Shown in pieces: positions 45,855-55,701 of a stretch of DNA of 64,000 nucleotides. Under the pieces are notes generated by a model. That model searched no databases. It worked only from the letters and a program-made list of their open reading frames with translations, and was not told the DNA's origin. Source of the stretch: Thermoanaerobaculia bacterium (GTDB taxonomy: Bacteria > Acidobacteriota > Thermoanaerobaculia > Multivoradales > JAHEKO01); NCBI GenBank assembly GCA_049664225.1, contig JBATEX010000057.1, positions 82,451 through 146,450 on the forward strand. The letters are read 5' to 3'. The stretch's first letter is position 1; every line of letters starts with the position of its first letter. Both the position numbers and the translations under genes were made by a program.

Positions 45855-45884
45855 TTGACATGCAACCTATTGGTTGCATAAAAT
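45855..45884 (+). promoter_or_regulatory. Sigma70-type promoter (TTGACA-18-TAAAAT) with embedded 8-4-8 palindromic operator atgcaacc-tatt-ggttgcat
   Basis: The -35 TTGACA is at 45855-45860 and the -10 TAAAAT at 45879-45884, and a perfect palindrome spans 45860-45879. The ArsR-family ATG is at 45893, only about 9 nt past the -10. Confidence 0.6.
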
Positions 45885-45892
45885 TTCTCACC

Positions 45893-46201
45893 ATGGAGAG
45901 CGTCTTCATAGCAGTAGCGGACCCCACGCGAAGAGGAATGCTCGCCCGCATGCGCGTCGAAGGCCCACTCTCCATCCAACAGTTGGCAGCTCCCCTTCCC
46001 ATCAGCCGACAAGCGGTAACCAAGCATCTGGACATTCTCTGGGCCTCGGGTCTGGTCCGAATCCAGAAGGCCGGCCGAGAGCGCCTTCACGCCTTGGACA
46101 GTTCTCCGCTCAAAGAGGTCGAAGACTGGCTCGAGCCCTACGCTGAGGAATGGGACGAGCGGCTTTCACGACTACAACGTCACTTGGAGGATCAAGAATG
46201 A
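45893..46201 (+). CDS. ArsR/SmtB-family transcriptional regulator
   Basis: MESVFIAVADPTRRGMLARMRVEGPLSIQQLAAPLPISRQAVTKHLDILWASGLV is a winged HTH of the ArsR type. The track start at 45860 would place the promoter inside the ORF. Confidence 0.85.
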   Translation: MESVFIAVADPTRRGMLARMRVEGPLSIQQLAAPLPISRQAVTKHLDILWASGLVRIQKAGRERLHALDSSPLKEVEDWLEPYAEEWDERLSRLQRHLEDQE

Positions 46202-46611
46202 TTGCTGCAATCGAACGCACTGTGGAGCTCGAAGCCGCCCCCGAAAGCGTATGGAAGGCCCTGACCGATGCCGACGAACTCGCCAGCTGGTTCGGCGATT
46301 CGGCCGAGCTCGATCCCTGCCTTGGTGGCGAAGGATGGTTCGGCTGGGAGTCCTTCGGCCGGGCGGCCGTCCGCATCGAGGTGTTCGAGCCCGAAACGCG
46401 ACTGGTTTGGCGCTGGGCCCGCGAGGCGAACACGCCTCTCGATCAAGTTCGTTCCACAGTCGTGGAGTGGACCCTGACACCGCGCCCCGACGGCGGCACT
46501 ACACTCAAGCTCGACGAATCTGGCTTCGAACGAGAGCAGGATCGCGAGGAGAACGTCGGCGGCTGGAAACACGAGCTCGGCCACCTGGAAGACCACCTGG
46601 CTAGCGCCTGA
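46198..46611 (+). CDS. SRPBCC / AHSA1 (activator of Hsp90 ATPase homologue 1-like) domain protein
   Basis: The ATG at 46198 overlaps the arsR-family stop (ATGA). IERTVELEAAPESVWKALTDADELASWF... is a typical AHSA1-family N-terminus, and this pairing with ArsR regulators is common. Confidence 0.8.
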   Translation: MIAAIERTVELEAAPESVWKALTDADELASWFGDSAELDPCLGGEGWFGWESFGRAAVRIEVFEPETRLVWRWAREANTPLDQVRSTVVEWTLTPRPDGGTTLKLDESGFEREQDREENVGGWKHELGHLEDHLASA

Positions 46612-46736
46612 GCCTTCAATGCCTTGTCCGGCGCCAATGGCTGGGAACACTTGCACCCGCGCGGGATGGGCGTAGACTGAGGAACACGGCTGAGGAGGAG
46701 GGCTTCGACCGGCTGCAGTCCGACAGGAGGAACGGC

Positions 46737-47354
46737 ATGTCTTCTAGTAAGCGAGGTTCGAGGGACAAACGAGCGCATTTCACCTTTCTGGGCGGGTCGG
46801 TTCTGATGGCGACGCTTCTGCTTGTGGGCTGCCAGAATGCTGAGCCGACAGTCGAGGTGTCATCTCGAGAGATGGAGCGGGCGAAGAGCGCTTTGCAGCC
46901 GCTCAAGGAGCAACTCGTTGATGCCCTCACCGGCGCCCTGCAGGAGGGCGACCCCGAAAGTGCCATCGCGATCTGTCGGGAGAAAGCGCCGCAGATCGCG
47001 GCCGAGCTGAGCGTCAACGGGGTTCGCATGGGCAGAACGAGCCACAGACTCAGAAACCCCGACAACGCTCCGGAGCCGTGGGTCGAGCCCCTGCTCGCAG
47101 CCTACCTGGAGGATCCTGAGAATCCCCAGCCACGGGCCGTCAGGCTGGACGATTCCACCATCGGCTACGTGGAACCGATCTATGCCATGTCCTTCTGCCT
47201 GAGCTGCCATGGGCCGAGCCTCGAGCCCACCCTGGAGGAGACGATTCGGTCGCTCTACCCAGAGGACCAAGCCACCGGTTTCCGAATGAACGACGTCAGG
47301 GGCCTCTTCTGGGTCACCCTGCCGGGCGACCCTGGCACAGAAACCGATACCTGA
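46737..47354 (+). CDS. DUF3365 (Tll0287-like) c-type haem-binding periplasmic protein
   Basis: Lipoprotein-like signal (LLLVGCQ), a single CxxCH (CLSCHG), and the terminal segment RGLFWVTLP, which is typical of DUF3365. A good SD is present. Confidence 0.7.
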   Translation: MSSSKRGSRDKRAHFTFLGGSVLMATLLLVGCQNAEPTVEVSSREMERAKSALQPLKEQLVDALTGALQEGDPESAIAICREKAPQIAAELSVNGVRMGRTSHRLRNPDNAPEPWVEPLLAAYLEDPENPQPRAVRLDDSTIGYVEPIYAMSFCLSCHGPSLEPTLEETIRSLYPEDQATGFRMNDVRGLFWVTLPGDPGTETDT

Positions 47355-47404
47355 TCCCCGGGTCGAATCGACGGACTTCCTCGATCAACCGCGGACCAGG
47401 AGTG

Positions 47405-47878
47405 CTACTCGGCGTCCGACTGGATCGACTGCAGGGCCAGAAAGCGCTCGCCAAAACGCTCGATGAACTGAATTTGCTGGTCGAAGGTGTCGGCGTGGCC
47501 TTCCTCATCAGCCACCAGATCCTCGAAGATCTTCTTCGACGCAGCGTCGGCGTTCTTGGCGCACTTCTGCGCAGCCTGGTTGTAGAAGGCGACGCTTGCC
47601 AACTCCATTGCCTTGGCCCGCTCGAGCATCAGCTTGGCGTCGTGGATCTTCTGGACCGGATCGGAGACCTCCATCTCCACCTCGCCGCCCAGGAAGAGAA
47701 TCCTCTCTGCCAGCTCTTCGTTGTGAACCATCTCCTGGATGGCTGTGCGCTTCATCAGGCTTGCTAGTGGCCCGTAGCCCAGATCGTCCAGGTGATAGTG
47801 AAAATACATGTATTGGTGCACCGCTGACAACTCCTCCTGCAGGGCACGATTGAGTAGCTCGATACTTTTTTCAGACAT
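47405..47878 (-). CDS. bfr: Bacterioferritin
   Basis: 157 aa with ferroxidase ligands in E..H context (QEELSAVHQY, IQEMVHNEE, EEGHAD) and a Met at the haem-ligand position (EM). Confidence 0.88.
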   Translation of the reverse strand: MSEKSIELLNRALQEELSAVHQYMYFHYHLDDLGYGPLASLMKRTAIQEMVHNEELAERILFLGGEVEMEVSDPVQKIHDAKLMLERAKAMELASVAFYNQAAQKCAKNADAASKKIFEDLVADEEGHADTFDQQIQFIERFGERFLALQSIQSDAE

Positions 47879-47945
47879 GGTTCCTCCTTGTTGGGGCCTT
47901 CTCGATTCGAGCGTCCAGCCTACTCGACTCGGTCGATGCCCTACA

Positions 47946-47961
47946 CCACCCGCACGGGTGG
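47946..47961 (-). terminator. Weak hairpin (ccaccc-gcac-gggtgg) just downstream of the GT-C transferase stop
   Basis: 6-bp GC stem read directly from the sequence. There is no clear U-tract, so this is a low-confidence terminator. Confidence 0.25.
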
Positions 47962-47965
47962 GATT

Positions 47966-49489
47966 TCAGAGCAGAGATTTGTCCCGGGCTGTCGAGCCCG
48001 CGAGGCGTGTGAGGAACGGTCGTGGATTCAGCGGATCTTCGCACCGGGCGACGATCAGTGTCCGTTGGCCGGCCTCGCCTATGGTGACGACCAGTGGGAG
48101 TTCGATCTCGACCCGCCGAAAGAGCTTCCTCAGCTCTTCTTCTTGACCCGGATTCTCGGTGAAGAACAGGATTTGACGGCCTTCGAAGTCCTCAGGTGGA
48201 TACCAGTACAGCGAGGCCAGGCCGTGCTTGCCACCCTTGATGTGCAGAAACCGGCTTTCGAGCCCTCCGCTCGAAACGAAGGCTGCAAGGTGGGTCTTCG
48301 TGTAGCTCTCCGAGCCCACATAGATCGACTCGGGCGGCACGCCAATTTCTCGAGCCCATTGGTCTCGTCGCTGTCGAACCCCATCGACCAACTTCTGCGT
48401 GCCGAAAGCTCGGACCAGCTTCTCGGACGAGATCTTCTCGGGCCTCGGTTTGTACTCCCATTCGTAGTTGAGGAGGAACGGTGCCAGGAGAGCCAGCACC
48501 AACACCAGACCTGTAACCGAGAAGCCGACGATCGCCCCAATCTTGCGAAACCGAAGCCCGCCGAAGCCGGTAAGCACCAGCAGTACGGTCATCATCATGA
48601 GGCCGGGGCCACCCCAGTGCGCGCCGACCCTGGCCCGCAGAGCCACGAGACCGAAGAAGAGAAAGGGCGCCACCGCTCCTGCGACCACCACTCTCCAAGC
48701 CAGGTCCTTGCGCTTCCAAGCCGGCCAGCAGCTTCCCACCAGCAGAACGGCGAGGATCGGTGAGGCCAGGAGGAGGTTGGCGCCGATGAACTCGAGAAGG
48801 TATTTGAGGCCGATTCCCTCGGGCGAATGTCGACCGCTGAGCTGGAAGACGATGTTGTCCCAATTGTGCTGGGCGCCCCAGATCCAAACAGGGGCTGTCA
48901 AGAGTGCGGAAACCAGGGCAGCCGCCCAAGGGGTAGTCGTCTTCAAGTCGGCTCGCGCTTTCGGCGACAAGAGCGCCATCGCTACTGGCAAGAAAGCCAC
49001 GACGATGGAGAACTTCGCCAGGAAGCCGAGGCCAAGTGCCACCCCCAGTCCCCACCAGGCGCGTCGATGACTCTGCGCCACCGCCACCGCCGCCCAGATC
49101 GCCCCCAGATAGGCGGTGCCCATCACCACATCCGTGGAGGTGTAGGAAAAACCCAGCGCGAAGATCGGCTGAGCGTGCAGGAGCAGATAGACGAGCGCTG
49201 CATCGCGGACCGTACCGCCAAGTCGCTGAACAAGGGGTAGGAGAAACAGACCCGCCAGGAATCCAGCCAGGATCGCGGGCGTTCGGACAGCCAGGGCCGT
49301 TTCACCTAGCAGGAGCCGAAACGGGATCATCAGCCAGATAGTCAAAGGTGGCTGATCGAAGTAGCTCCAGTCGAGATGTCGGGAGCAGTCCCAGTAGTAC
49401 GCCTCATCCCCAGACACAGGCGCCAGCGCCGCCCCGATGGCATGGACCAGGGTCAGCCCGACGACAAGCAGAAGATATCGGCTCTTCAC
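47966..49489 (-). CDS. GT-C fold glycosyltransferase, ArnT/PMT-like (family 39/83), paralogue 1
   Basis: Polytopic protein. The N-terminal loop DEAYYWDCSRHLDWSYFDQPPL is the ArnT/PMT-type acidic loop, and LGLGFLAKFSIV is present. The start is uncertain: GTG at 49489, or ATG at 49594 overlapping hldE. Confidence 0.8.
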   Translation of the reverse strand: MKSRYLLLVVGLTLVHAIGAALAPVSGDEAYYWDCSRHLDWSYFDQPPLTIWLMIPFRLLLGETALAVRTPAILAGFLAGLFLLPLVQRLGGTVRDAALVYLLLHAQPIFALGFSYTSTDVVMGTAYLGAIWAAVAVAQSHRRAWWGLGVALGLGFLAKFSIVVAFLPVAMALLSPKARADLKTTTPWAAALVSALLTAPVWIWGAQHNWDNIVFQLSGRHSPEGIGLKYLLEFIGANLLLASPILAVLLVGSCWPAWKRKDLAWRVVVAGAVAPFLFFGLVALRARVGAHWGGPGLMMMTVLLVLTGFGGLRFRKIGAIVGFSVTGLVLVLALLAPFLLNYEWEYKPRPEKISSEKLVRAFGTQKLVDGVRQRRDQWAREIGVPPESIYVGSESYTKTHLAAFVSSGGLESRFLHIKGGKHGLASLYWYPPEDFEGRQILFFTENPGQEEELRKLFRRVEIELPLVVTIGEAGQRTLIVARCEDPLNPRPFLTRLAGSTARDKSLL

Positions 49490-49511
49490 GGTGATGAAAG
49501 TCTGGCTTTTC

Positions 49512-50978
49512 TCAGGAATCCATGGAGCGGATGCGGTCGACGAGACCGCTAGTGGAACGATCCGGTACCAGGGGTATGAGAACGACCGAGCCACCCCAAT
49601 CGGCGATCATCCTCCGGCCGACCACCTGTTCCTCCCGGTAGTCGCCGCCCTTGACCAGCACATCGGGACGCACCTCTTCGAGCAACTCTCTTGGAGTGTC
49701 CTCGTCGAAAACCACCACCGCCTCGACGCTGTTCAATGCGGCCAGGAGAGCCGCCCTTTCGTCGGCCGCGATCAGCGGACGGTTGCCACCCTTGAGGCGC
49801 CGAACCGAGTCGTCACTGTTGATTGCCACGATCAGGACATCGCCCTGTTTCGAGGCCTCTCGCAGCAAATGCACGTGTCCAACATGCAAAAGGTCGAAGC
49901 AGCCGTTGGTGAGGACGACCTTCTGATCCTGCATTCGCCACCAGGCCACCCGGTGGACGAGCTCCTCCCGCGAGAGAATCTTGTCGGCTCCGCCCGGTGC
50001 GAAGCGTGACGCCAGCTCCTTGGGCTCAACGACGGCCACGCCGCTCTTGCCCACAGCGATCCCTGCAGCTGCGTTCGCCAGGTGCACCGCGTCACGAAGA
50101 TTCGCTCCCGCTGCCAGACCCAAAGCCAAAACAGCGATCACCGTGTCCCCAGCTCCGCTGACGTCGAAGACCTCTCTCACCGACGTGGGTACAAAGAAAG
50201 GCTCTGCCTGGCGAGAGAACACCCCCATCCCCTTCTCGCCCAATGTCACGATCAAGGTGTCCACATCGGCGGTCTCGAGCAACGAATCGCTCACCTCGGA
50301 GAGATCCTTTTCGAGATCGTCCCTCAGCCTGCGTCCGATCACAGCCTCGAGCTCGTGGACGTTCGGCTTGAGGACCGTGGCACCCTTGTAGCGAGCCAGG
50401 TCGGAGGACTTCGGATCGACCAGAATCGGTACCCCCCACCGACGGCCCACAGCGATCAATCCTTCGAGAACCGTCGGCGAAAGGAGACCCTTGGAGTAGT
50501 CACTGATGACGATCGCATCAGCTGGCTCGCTGGCCCGCAGCTGTTCCACCAGAGCCCTACCGACACTCTCATCGAGGGGTCTGGAGTCTTCCCAATCCAG
50601 CCGAACCACCTGTTGGTGCTGAGCCAGGATCCTCAACTTTCGGGTCGTCGGGCGGCCGGCAACCTTGACGACGTTTTGCGCCTCGATTCCCACCTCTGCG
50701 CACTCGGCCAGAAACCGATCGCCGGCCGCGTCGTCGCCCACGATACCCAGGAGCTCTACCCCGGCACCGAGTGCTGCGGCCACGCTCGCGACGTTGGCCG
50801 CACCTCCGAGACCACGCGATTCTGCGCCCATCTTCACCACGGGGACTGGCGCTTCCGGAGAGGCTCGCTCCACGGAGCCCAGGAAATACTCATCCAACAT
50901 CACGTCGCCGACGACGACGATCCGCAGCTCCCGGAAGCGTTCTAGGAGCCGAGCCACGCTGCCATGCGACAGGGTCAT
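49512..50978 (-). CDS. hldE: Bifunctional D-beta-D-heptose-7-phosphate kinase / D-beta-D-heptose-1-phosphate adenylyltransferase
   Basis: N-terminal PfkB kinase domain (DVSGAGDTVIAVLALGLAAG) fused to a cytidylyltransferase domain (TNGCFDLLHVGHVHLL). The ATG at 50978 follows the gmhA stop. Confidence 0.9.
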   Translation of the reverse strand: MTLSHGSVARLLERFRELRIVVVGDVMLDEYFLGSVERASPEAPVPVVKMGAESRGLGGAANVASVAAALGAGVELLGIVGDDAAGDRFLAECAEVGIEAQNVVKVAGRPTTRKLRILAQHQQVVRLDWEDSRPLDESVGRALVEQLRASEPADAIVISDYSKGLLSPTVLEGLIAVGRRWGVPILVDPKSSDLARYKGATVLKPNVHELEAVIGRRLRDDLEKDLSEVSDSLLETADVDTLIVTLGEKGMGVFSRQAEPFFVPTSVREVFDVSGAGDTVIAVLALGLAAGANLRDAVHLANAAAGIAVGKSGVAVVEPKELASRFAPGGADKILSREELVHRVAWWRMQDQKVVLTNGCFDLLHVGHVHLLREASKQGDVLIVAINSDDSVRRLKGGNRPLIAADERAALLAALNSVEAVVVFDEDTPRELLEEVRPDVLVKGGDYREEQVVGRRMIADWGGSVVLIPLVPDRSTSGLVDRIRSMDS

Positions 50979-50986
50979 CGAATCGC

Positions 50987-51583
50987 TCACTCGTGCACCC
51001 TCCCGTCGTCTTCTGAGCAGAGACTCCGCTCGAGCCATGCCGCCAGGCCGTGCAGGCAGAGCTCGTGGATCTCCTGAATCCTGGCAACCGTCCTGGAAGG
51101 GGCCGCGATCAGCACGTCGACCCTATCTGCCAACTGACCACCCTCTTGACCCGTGAAGCCGATCAAACGACAGCCCATCTCGCGCCCTTTGTCGGCGGCA
51201 CAGATCACATTCGCAGAGTTCCCACTGGTGCTGATAGCCACGAGGAGATCGCCGGGGCTACCTAGAGCCTCCACCTGTCGCGCGAAAACCTGCTCGAAAC
51301 CGTGATCGTTGCCGACTGCGGTCAGCAGCGAAGTGTCCACGGTCAGGGCGATAGCCGGTAAAGGCCTCCTGTCCTTCTCGAAACGACCTACCAGCTCGGC
51401 GGCGAAATGCTGGGCATCCGCCGCGCTGCCGCCGTTGCCGAAAACCAGCAGCTTGTTCCCCGAGGCAAGGCAGGCTTCGGCAAGCTCTGCTGCCTTCTGA
51501 AGTTCAGCCAGGAGGTTCTCACGAGCCTCCTCGAACACCTCGGCATGCTCGTCGAATATTTCTCGCAACACGTAGAGCTCCAT
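50987..51583 (-). CDS. gmhA: D-sedoheptulose-7-phosphate isomerase (SIS domain)
   Basis: The segments GNGGSAADAQHFAAELVGRF, ISTSGNSANV and ...IQEIH... together form the GmhA pattern. Confidence 0.9.
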   Translation of the reverse strand: MELYVLREIFDEHAEVFEEARENLLAELQKAAELAEACLASGNKLLVFGNGGSAADAQHFAAELVGRFEKDRRPLPAIALTVDTSLLTAVGNDHGFEQVFARQVEALGSPGDLLVAISTSGNSANVICAADKGREMGCRLIGFTGQEGGQLADRVDVLIAAPSRTVARIQEIHELCLHGLAAWLERSLCSEDDGRVHE

Positions 51584-51605
51584 TTGGCGGCCCGAGCCGC
51601 ATGAC

Positions 51606-52181
51606 TCAGGTTCGAGCCACGGTCCTCGTCGCGGCCTCGATCAGGTCCTTGAAGACTAGCGCATCCTCATCGAGGCTGTCTCTGACCTGAGGCCCCTTGC
51701 CCGTGCAAACCAGGCCGACACGAAGTCCAGCTGCCCGGCCCGCCGCGAGATCGCGAAGGTCGTCGCCAATGACGATCGTTTCCTCCGCTGGGATACCGCT
51801 CTTCTCGACAGCCTGCCGAATGAGGCCAGGGCCTGGCTTCCGACAGTCGCACCCTGCGTCTGGCGCGTGGGGACAGACGAAGATCCCCACCAGATCGACA
51901 CCAAGCGCAGACAGCTCGCGACTCAGCCATTCATGGATTGCATCGACAGCCCGGCCCGAAACGACTCCACGCCCAATTCCGGACTGATTCGTGGCCACCG
52001 AGACTCTGGTCCCGCGAGTGGACCAGATAGCCAGGCCGACGACGGCGCCCTGTTCCCACTTCCACTGCCCTGGATTCGCCAGCCAGCCGCTTTCCAGCTC
52101 CCGATTCAAGACTCCATCTCGATCCAGGATGACATGCCGGATAGGAGCCCGCGAGGCCTCGATCGGCGAGACTCCGTTCAT
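51606..52181 (-). CDS. gmhB: D-glycero-beta-D-manno-heptose-1,7-bisphosphate 7-phosphatase (HAD-IIIA)
   Basis: VILDRDGVLN, ATNQSGIGRG, CPHAPDAGCDCRKP and GDDLRD are GmhB/histidinol-phosphatase-like HAD motifs. The zinc-type Cys cluster is present. Confidence 0.88.
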   Translation of the reverse strand: MNGVSPIEASRAPIRHVILDRDGVLNRELESGWLANPGQWKWEQGAVVGLAIWSTRGTRVSVATNQSGIGRGVVSGRAVDAIHEWLSRELSALGVDLVGIFVCPHAPDAGCDCRKPGPGLIRQAVEKSGIPAEETIVIGDDLRDLAAGRAAGLRVGLVCTGKGPQVRDSLDEDALVFKDLIEAATRTVART

Positions 52182-53134
52182 ACCTCGCCTTCATCCGTGC
52201 GCCATAGGAGGTACTCCCGGACCCCTTCCTCCAACGTTACGAACTCCTGGGAATAGCCGCAACCTCGCAACAGCGTGAGGTCCGCTTCTGTGTAGCTCTG
52301 GTAGTGGCCACGCAACGAGTCGGGAAAAGGTATGTACTCGATCTCTCCGTGACCCCGAGTGCGGATGACCTGGCTGGCGACTTCGTTGAAGGTTCGGCTC
52401 CGACCCGTGCCACAGTTGAAGATGCCCGACTTCTCCGGGTTCGAAGAGAACCAGAGCGCGACATTTACGACGTCCTTGACGTAGACGAAGTCCCGTCGCT
52501 GCTCGCCGGCCTCGTACCCACGAGTCGGACCAAACAGGCGAACCTTGTCACCCCGGCTCAATTGATCGTCGAGCTGCAGGACGATGCTGGCCATGGGCCC
52601 CTTGTGGGCCTCTCTTGGACCAAAGACGTTGAAGTACCTGAGCCCCACGACCTGGCTTTCAACGTCGGGAAGCAAACGCAGGACGAGGGAATCGAACAGG
52701 GCCTTCGAGTAGCCGTAGACGTTGAGCGGTCTTTCCTTGCCCGGCTCCTCCCTGAAGGGGCTCCCCGCACCGTAAACGGCGGCGGACGAAGCGTAGATGA
52801 AGGCAATCTTCCTTTCGAGGCAGAACTCCAGGAGCTCCTTGGAGTACTGGTAATTGTTGCGCAGCATGTATCGGCCATCGGACTCCGTCGTCGATGAGCA
52901 AGCGCCCTGATGGAAGACCACCTCGATCTGGTCCAGCCAGGTGGCCGAGCCTCTCAGCGCCTTGGCGAAGTCCTCCTTGTCCTGATAGTCGGTGATCCGT
53001 GCCGCCACTAGATTGCGAAATTTCTCGGCCTGGGTCAGGTTGTCAACTACCAGAATGTCGCTCGCCCCGCTCTTGTTGAGCTCATGGACCAGGTTGCTGC
53101 CAATAAAACCCGCACCACCAGTGACGACAATCAC
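52178..53134 (-). CDS. hldD: ADP-L-glycero-D-manno-heptose 6-epimerase
   Basis: MIVVTGGAGFIGSNLV, SSAAVYG and YGYSK form the SDR fold of the RfaD type. The gene overlaps gmhB by 4 nt. Confidence 0.9.
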   Translation of the reverse strand: MIVVTGGAGFIGSNLVHELNKSGASDILVVDNLTQAEKFRNLVAARITDYQDKEDFAKALRGSATWLDQIEVVFHQGACSSTTESDGRYMLRNNYQYSKELLEFCLERKIAFIYASSAAVYGAGSPFREEPGKERPLNVYGYSKALFDSLVLRLLPDVESQVVGLRYFNVFGPREAHKGPMASIVLQLDDQLSRGDKVRLFGPTRGYEAGEQRRDFVYVKDVVNVALWFSSNPEKSGIFNCGTGRSRTFNEVASQVIRTRGHGEIEYIPFPDSLRGHYQSYTEADLTLLRGCGYSQEFVTLEEGVREYLLWRTDEGEV

Positions 53135-53297
53135 GCTAGCTCTCCTCTCGCCAGGAACTCATCAACCCAATATCGGTCGCATTGCCCAGAGCATGACCTC
53201 GAACCGCTCCTCGCTGTCGGCCACTGGCTCCGCCAGCCCGGTCGCACTGCCAGTCGAGGTGTGATCGAATAGGCCTCCTACGGGAGAGGCGATTCCG

Positions 53298-54536
53298 ATG
53301 GAAGTCACAACCATGCGCGTGGTGGATCGGTGGCTGGGTACTCCAGCTTGCGCCATCTTGACCCTCGTTCGCCGGCTGACCGACCCTTTTCGTCGCCCTC
53401 CTGCCGACAAACCACGCCGCATTCTCATCGTCAAGCTCGCCGAGCAGGGAGCGACGGTGCTGGCCTACTCCTCCCTGCGCCGAGTTGTCGAGGCAGTGGG
53501 TCGTGAGAACGTCTTTGTCGCTGTCTTCGCTGAGAACCGGTTCATCCTCGATCTGCTTCACGTCATACCACCTGAGAACGTCATCACCATACGCACCACC
53601 GGCCTCGTTCGAGTCATGCTCGACGCCTTCGGCGCCATTCGGCGTTGCCATCGCGAGGGCATCGACTCAGCGGTCGACTTCGAGTTTTTCGCCCACGCCT
53701 CCGCGATCCTAGCCTATCTCAGCGGTGCATCTCGCCGTGTCGGCTACCACTCGTTCGCCGGCGAGGGAGCTTACCGAGGAGATCTCTTCACCCACCGTCT
53801 GGTCTATAACGCGCGGCTCCACGCGGTAGAGGTCTTCAGGGTCCTCGTCGAGGCCCTGTTTCTGCCGCCCGAGCGTCTTCCGGTCCTGGACCTCGGCCCG
53901 CTCGATGAGGAGCCGGCGCCTCCCTTCGAACCGACTGCCGAGGAGCTTCTCGAGGTCTCGGAGATCGCCAATCGCCTTCTGGACCGATCGCAGCAACCAC
54001 CCCTGATCCTACTGAACGTCAACACCGGCGATCTGCTACCCCTCAGACGTTGGCCGACCGAGAGGTACGTCGAGCTGGCCCATCGCATCCTCGAGCGCTA
54101 CCCGGAAGTGGCCATCGGTCTCACGGGGTCACCGGATGAGGCCGCTGGGGCGCAGAGGGTTGCCGACACCATCGGCTCGGATCGCTGCGTGAACTTCGGC
54201 GGACAGACGACCCTTCGCCAACTGTTGGTCCTGTACTGCCTCTCGGAGGTCATGGTCACCAACGACAGCGGTCCGGCCCACTACTCGAATCTGACGCCAA
54301 TCGACGTGATCACCCTTTTCGGGCCCGAAACACCTGCTGCTTTCGGCTCTCGCTCCCCCCGTAGCCATATCTTCTGGGCCGGCATCGACTGCAGTCCGTG
54401 CGTCAACGCCTTCAACGACCGTTGGTCACCCTGTACCGACAACGTCTGTATGCAGCGAATCACCGTCGATCAGGTCTTCGAGAAAGTCTGCGAGGTCTAC
54501 GAGATGAGACGGACCTCAGCGGCCGGACAAGGCTAG
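53298..54536 (+). CDS. Glycosyltransferase family 9 (heptosyltransferase-like), second copy
   Basis: RILIVKLAEQGATVLA..., LPLRRWPTERY and TNDSGPAHYSNLTPIDVITLFGPE are GT9 motifs. The gene is divergent from hldD. Confidence 0.85.
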   Translation: MEVTTMRVVDRWLGTPACAILTLVRRLTDPFRRPPADKPRRILIVKLAEQGATVLAYSSLRRVVEAVGRENVFVAVFAENRFILDLLHVIPPENVITIRTTGLVRVMLDAFGAIRRCHREGIDSAVDFEFFAHASAILAYLSGASRRVGYHSFAGEGAYRGDLFTHRLVYNARLHAVEVFRVLVEALFLPPERLPVLDLGPLDEEPAPPFEPTAEELLEVSEIANRLLDRSQQPPLILLNVNTGDLLPLRRWPTERYVELAHRILERYPEVAIGLTGSPDEAAGAQRVADTIGSDRCVNFGGQTTLRQLLVLYCLSEVMVTNDSGPAHYSNLTPIDVITLFGPETPAAFGSRSPRSHIFWAGIDCSPCVNAFNDRWSPCTDNVCMQRITVDQVFEKVCEVYEMRRTSAAGQG

Positions 54537-55664
54537 TCGGTCTCCCAGCTCGCCCAGTGATTGAAGATCCTCGGTGCTGTAGAGAGAGGAAAAACGCAGA
54601 TAGCCGTGGGGTGGTCTGTCCCAAGCGACGACCGCAAGATCGAATTCGTCCAGCAGGACTTCTGCCGCCGCCTGTGCCGTCGGAGTCGTCACTCCGCCGA
54701 CGGCCGCCGGAGCCTTGCAGAGAAGGTACATTCCGCCCGGAGTCGGATACGGCTCGAAACCGACATCCACCAGAGTTTCCCTAAGGCGCTCCAGCCTCTC
54801 CTCGAAATACTGCCGAATCTCAGCGATATGGTCCGTGCTCTGGAAGCATCGCATCGTGGCCTGCATCTGAAGTGAGCTGGGCGGCGACCAGGCAAAATCC
54901 GTGTAGTGTCGAATCTCCTCGATCAGGGGCGCGGATCCCGCAAGAAATGCGATACCCAGAGGTCCCAGCGGAAAGAGCTTCGAAAGCGAGTGGAGCTCCA
55001 GCGCCCTGTACCCGCGGATCCCAGAGAGGTCCTTCCCGAGTATCGAATGGGCTGTTCCTTCGTGCGTCAACGGCCCGTAGATGGCGTCGTTGAAGAGCAC
55101 CGTACCCGATCCGAATCGCCCTTCGAGTGCCGCCGCCACTTCTTCGGAGATGACGGCTCCGGTGGGATTGTTCGGGTAGTTCAGGGCGACCAGACGAACT
55201 GAATCGACGTCCTCCTGGGAGATCTCGTCTAGCCGTGGCGCGAACTCCCTATCCGGGTCGAGTCGTGCGACCAGGATCCTCGCGTGGTGATGTGTTGCAA
55301 GACGGGCGAATACCGGGTAGCCGGGCTCTGTGACGACGACACCATTTCTCGGCTCGAGAATGCAGGAAGCCAGTGCGGTCATCGCGGCGCGCCCACTGGG
55401 AACGGGCAGGATCTCCGCCGGGGAGACCTCGACACCGTATTGCCAGGCCAGGTAGTCCACTGCGGCAGCGGAGAACTTTGCGAGGTCGGCCGGCACATGC
55501 CGCTTCATCATCAGAGATGAATTCTCTCGAATCGTCTCCGCGAGCTCCGCGGGCAGGCTACGATCGAAATCGCCGAGCGCGAAGTTGACGATCGGGCGTC
55601 CGTGTTGGCTCAGGCGCTCGCGAAGCACGGTAAACGAGTAGCGCTGCTTGACTTGTTCAATCAT
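54516..55664 (-). CDS. Class I/II PLP-dependent aminotransferase
   Basis: From the ATG at 55664. NYPNNPTGAV and SLSKLFPLGPLGIAF (PLP lysine) are typical class I motifs. Confidence 0.8.
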   Translation of the reverse strand: MIEQVKQRYSFTVLRERLSQHGRPIVNFALGDFDRSLPAELAETIRENSSLMMKRHVPADLAKFSAAAVDYLAWQYGVEVSPAEILPVPSGRAAMTALASCILEPRNGVVVTEPGYPVFARLATHHHARILVARLDPDREFAPRLDEISQEDVDSVRLVALNYPNNPTGAVISEEVAAALEGRFGSGTVLFNDAIYGPLTHEGTAHSILGKDLSGIRGYRALELHSLSKLFPLGPLGIAFLAGSAPLIEEIRHYTDFAWSPPSSLQMQATMRCFQSTDHIAEIRQYFEERLERLRETLVDVGFEPYPTPGGMYLLCKAPAAVGGVTTPTAQAAAEVLLDEFDLAVVAWDRPPHGYLRFSSLYSTEDLQSLGELGDRLALSGR

Positions 55665-55701
55665 GGGGAGAGGGCCCTCGCATGTAGGAGTAGACCAGAC
55701 C

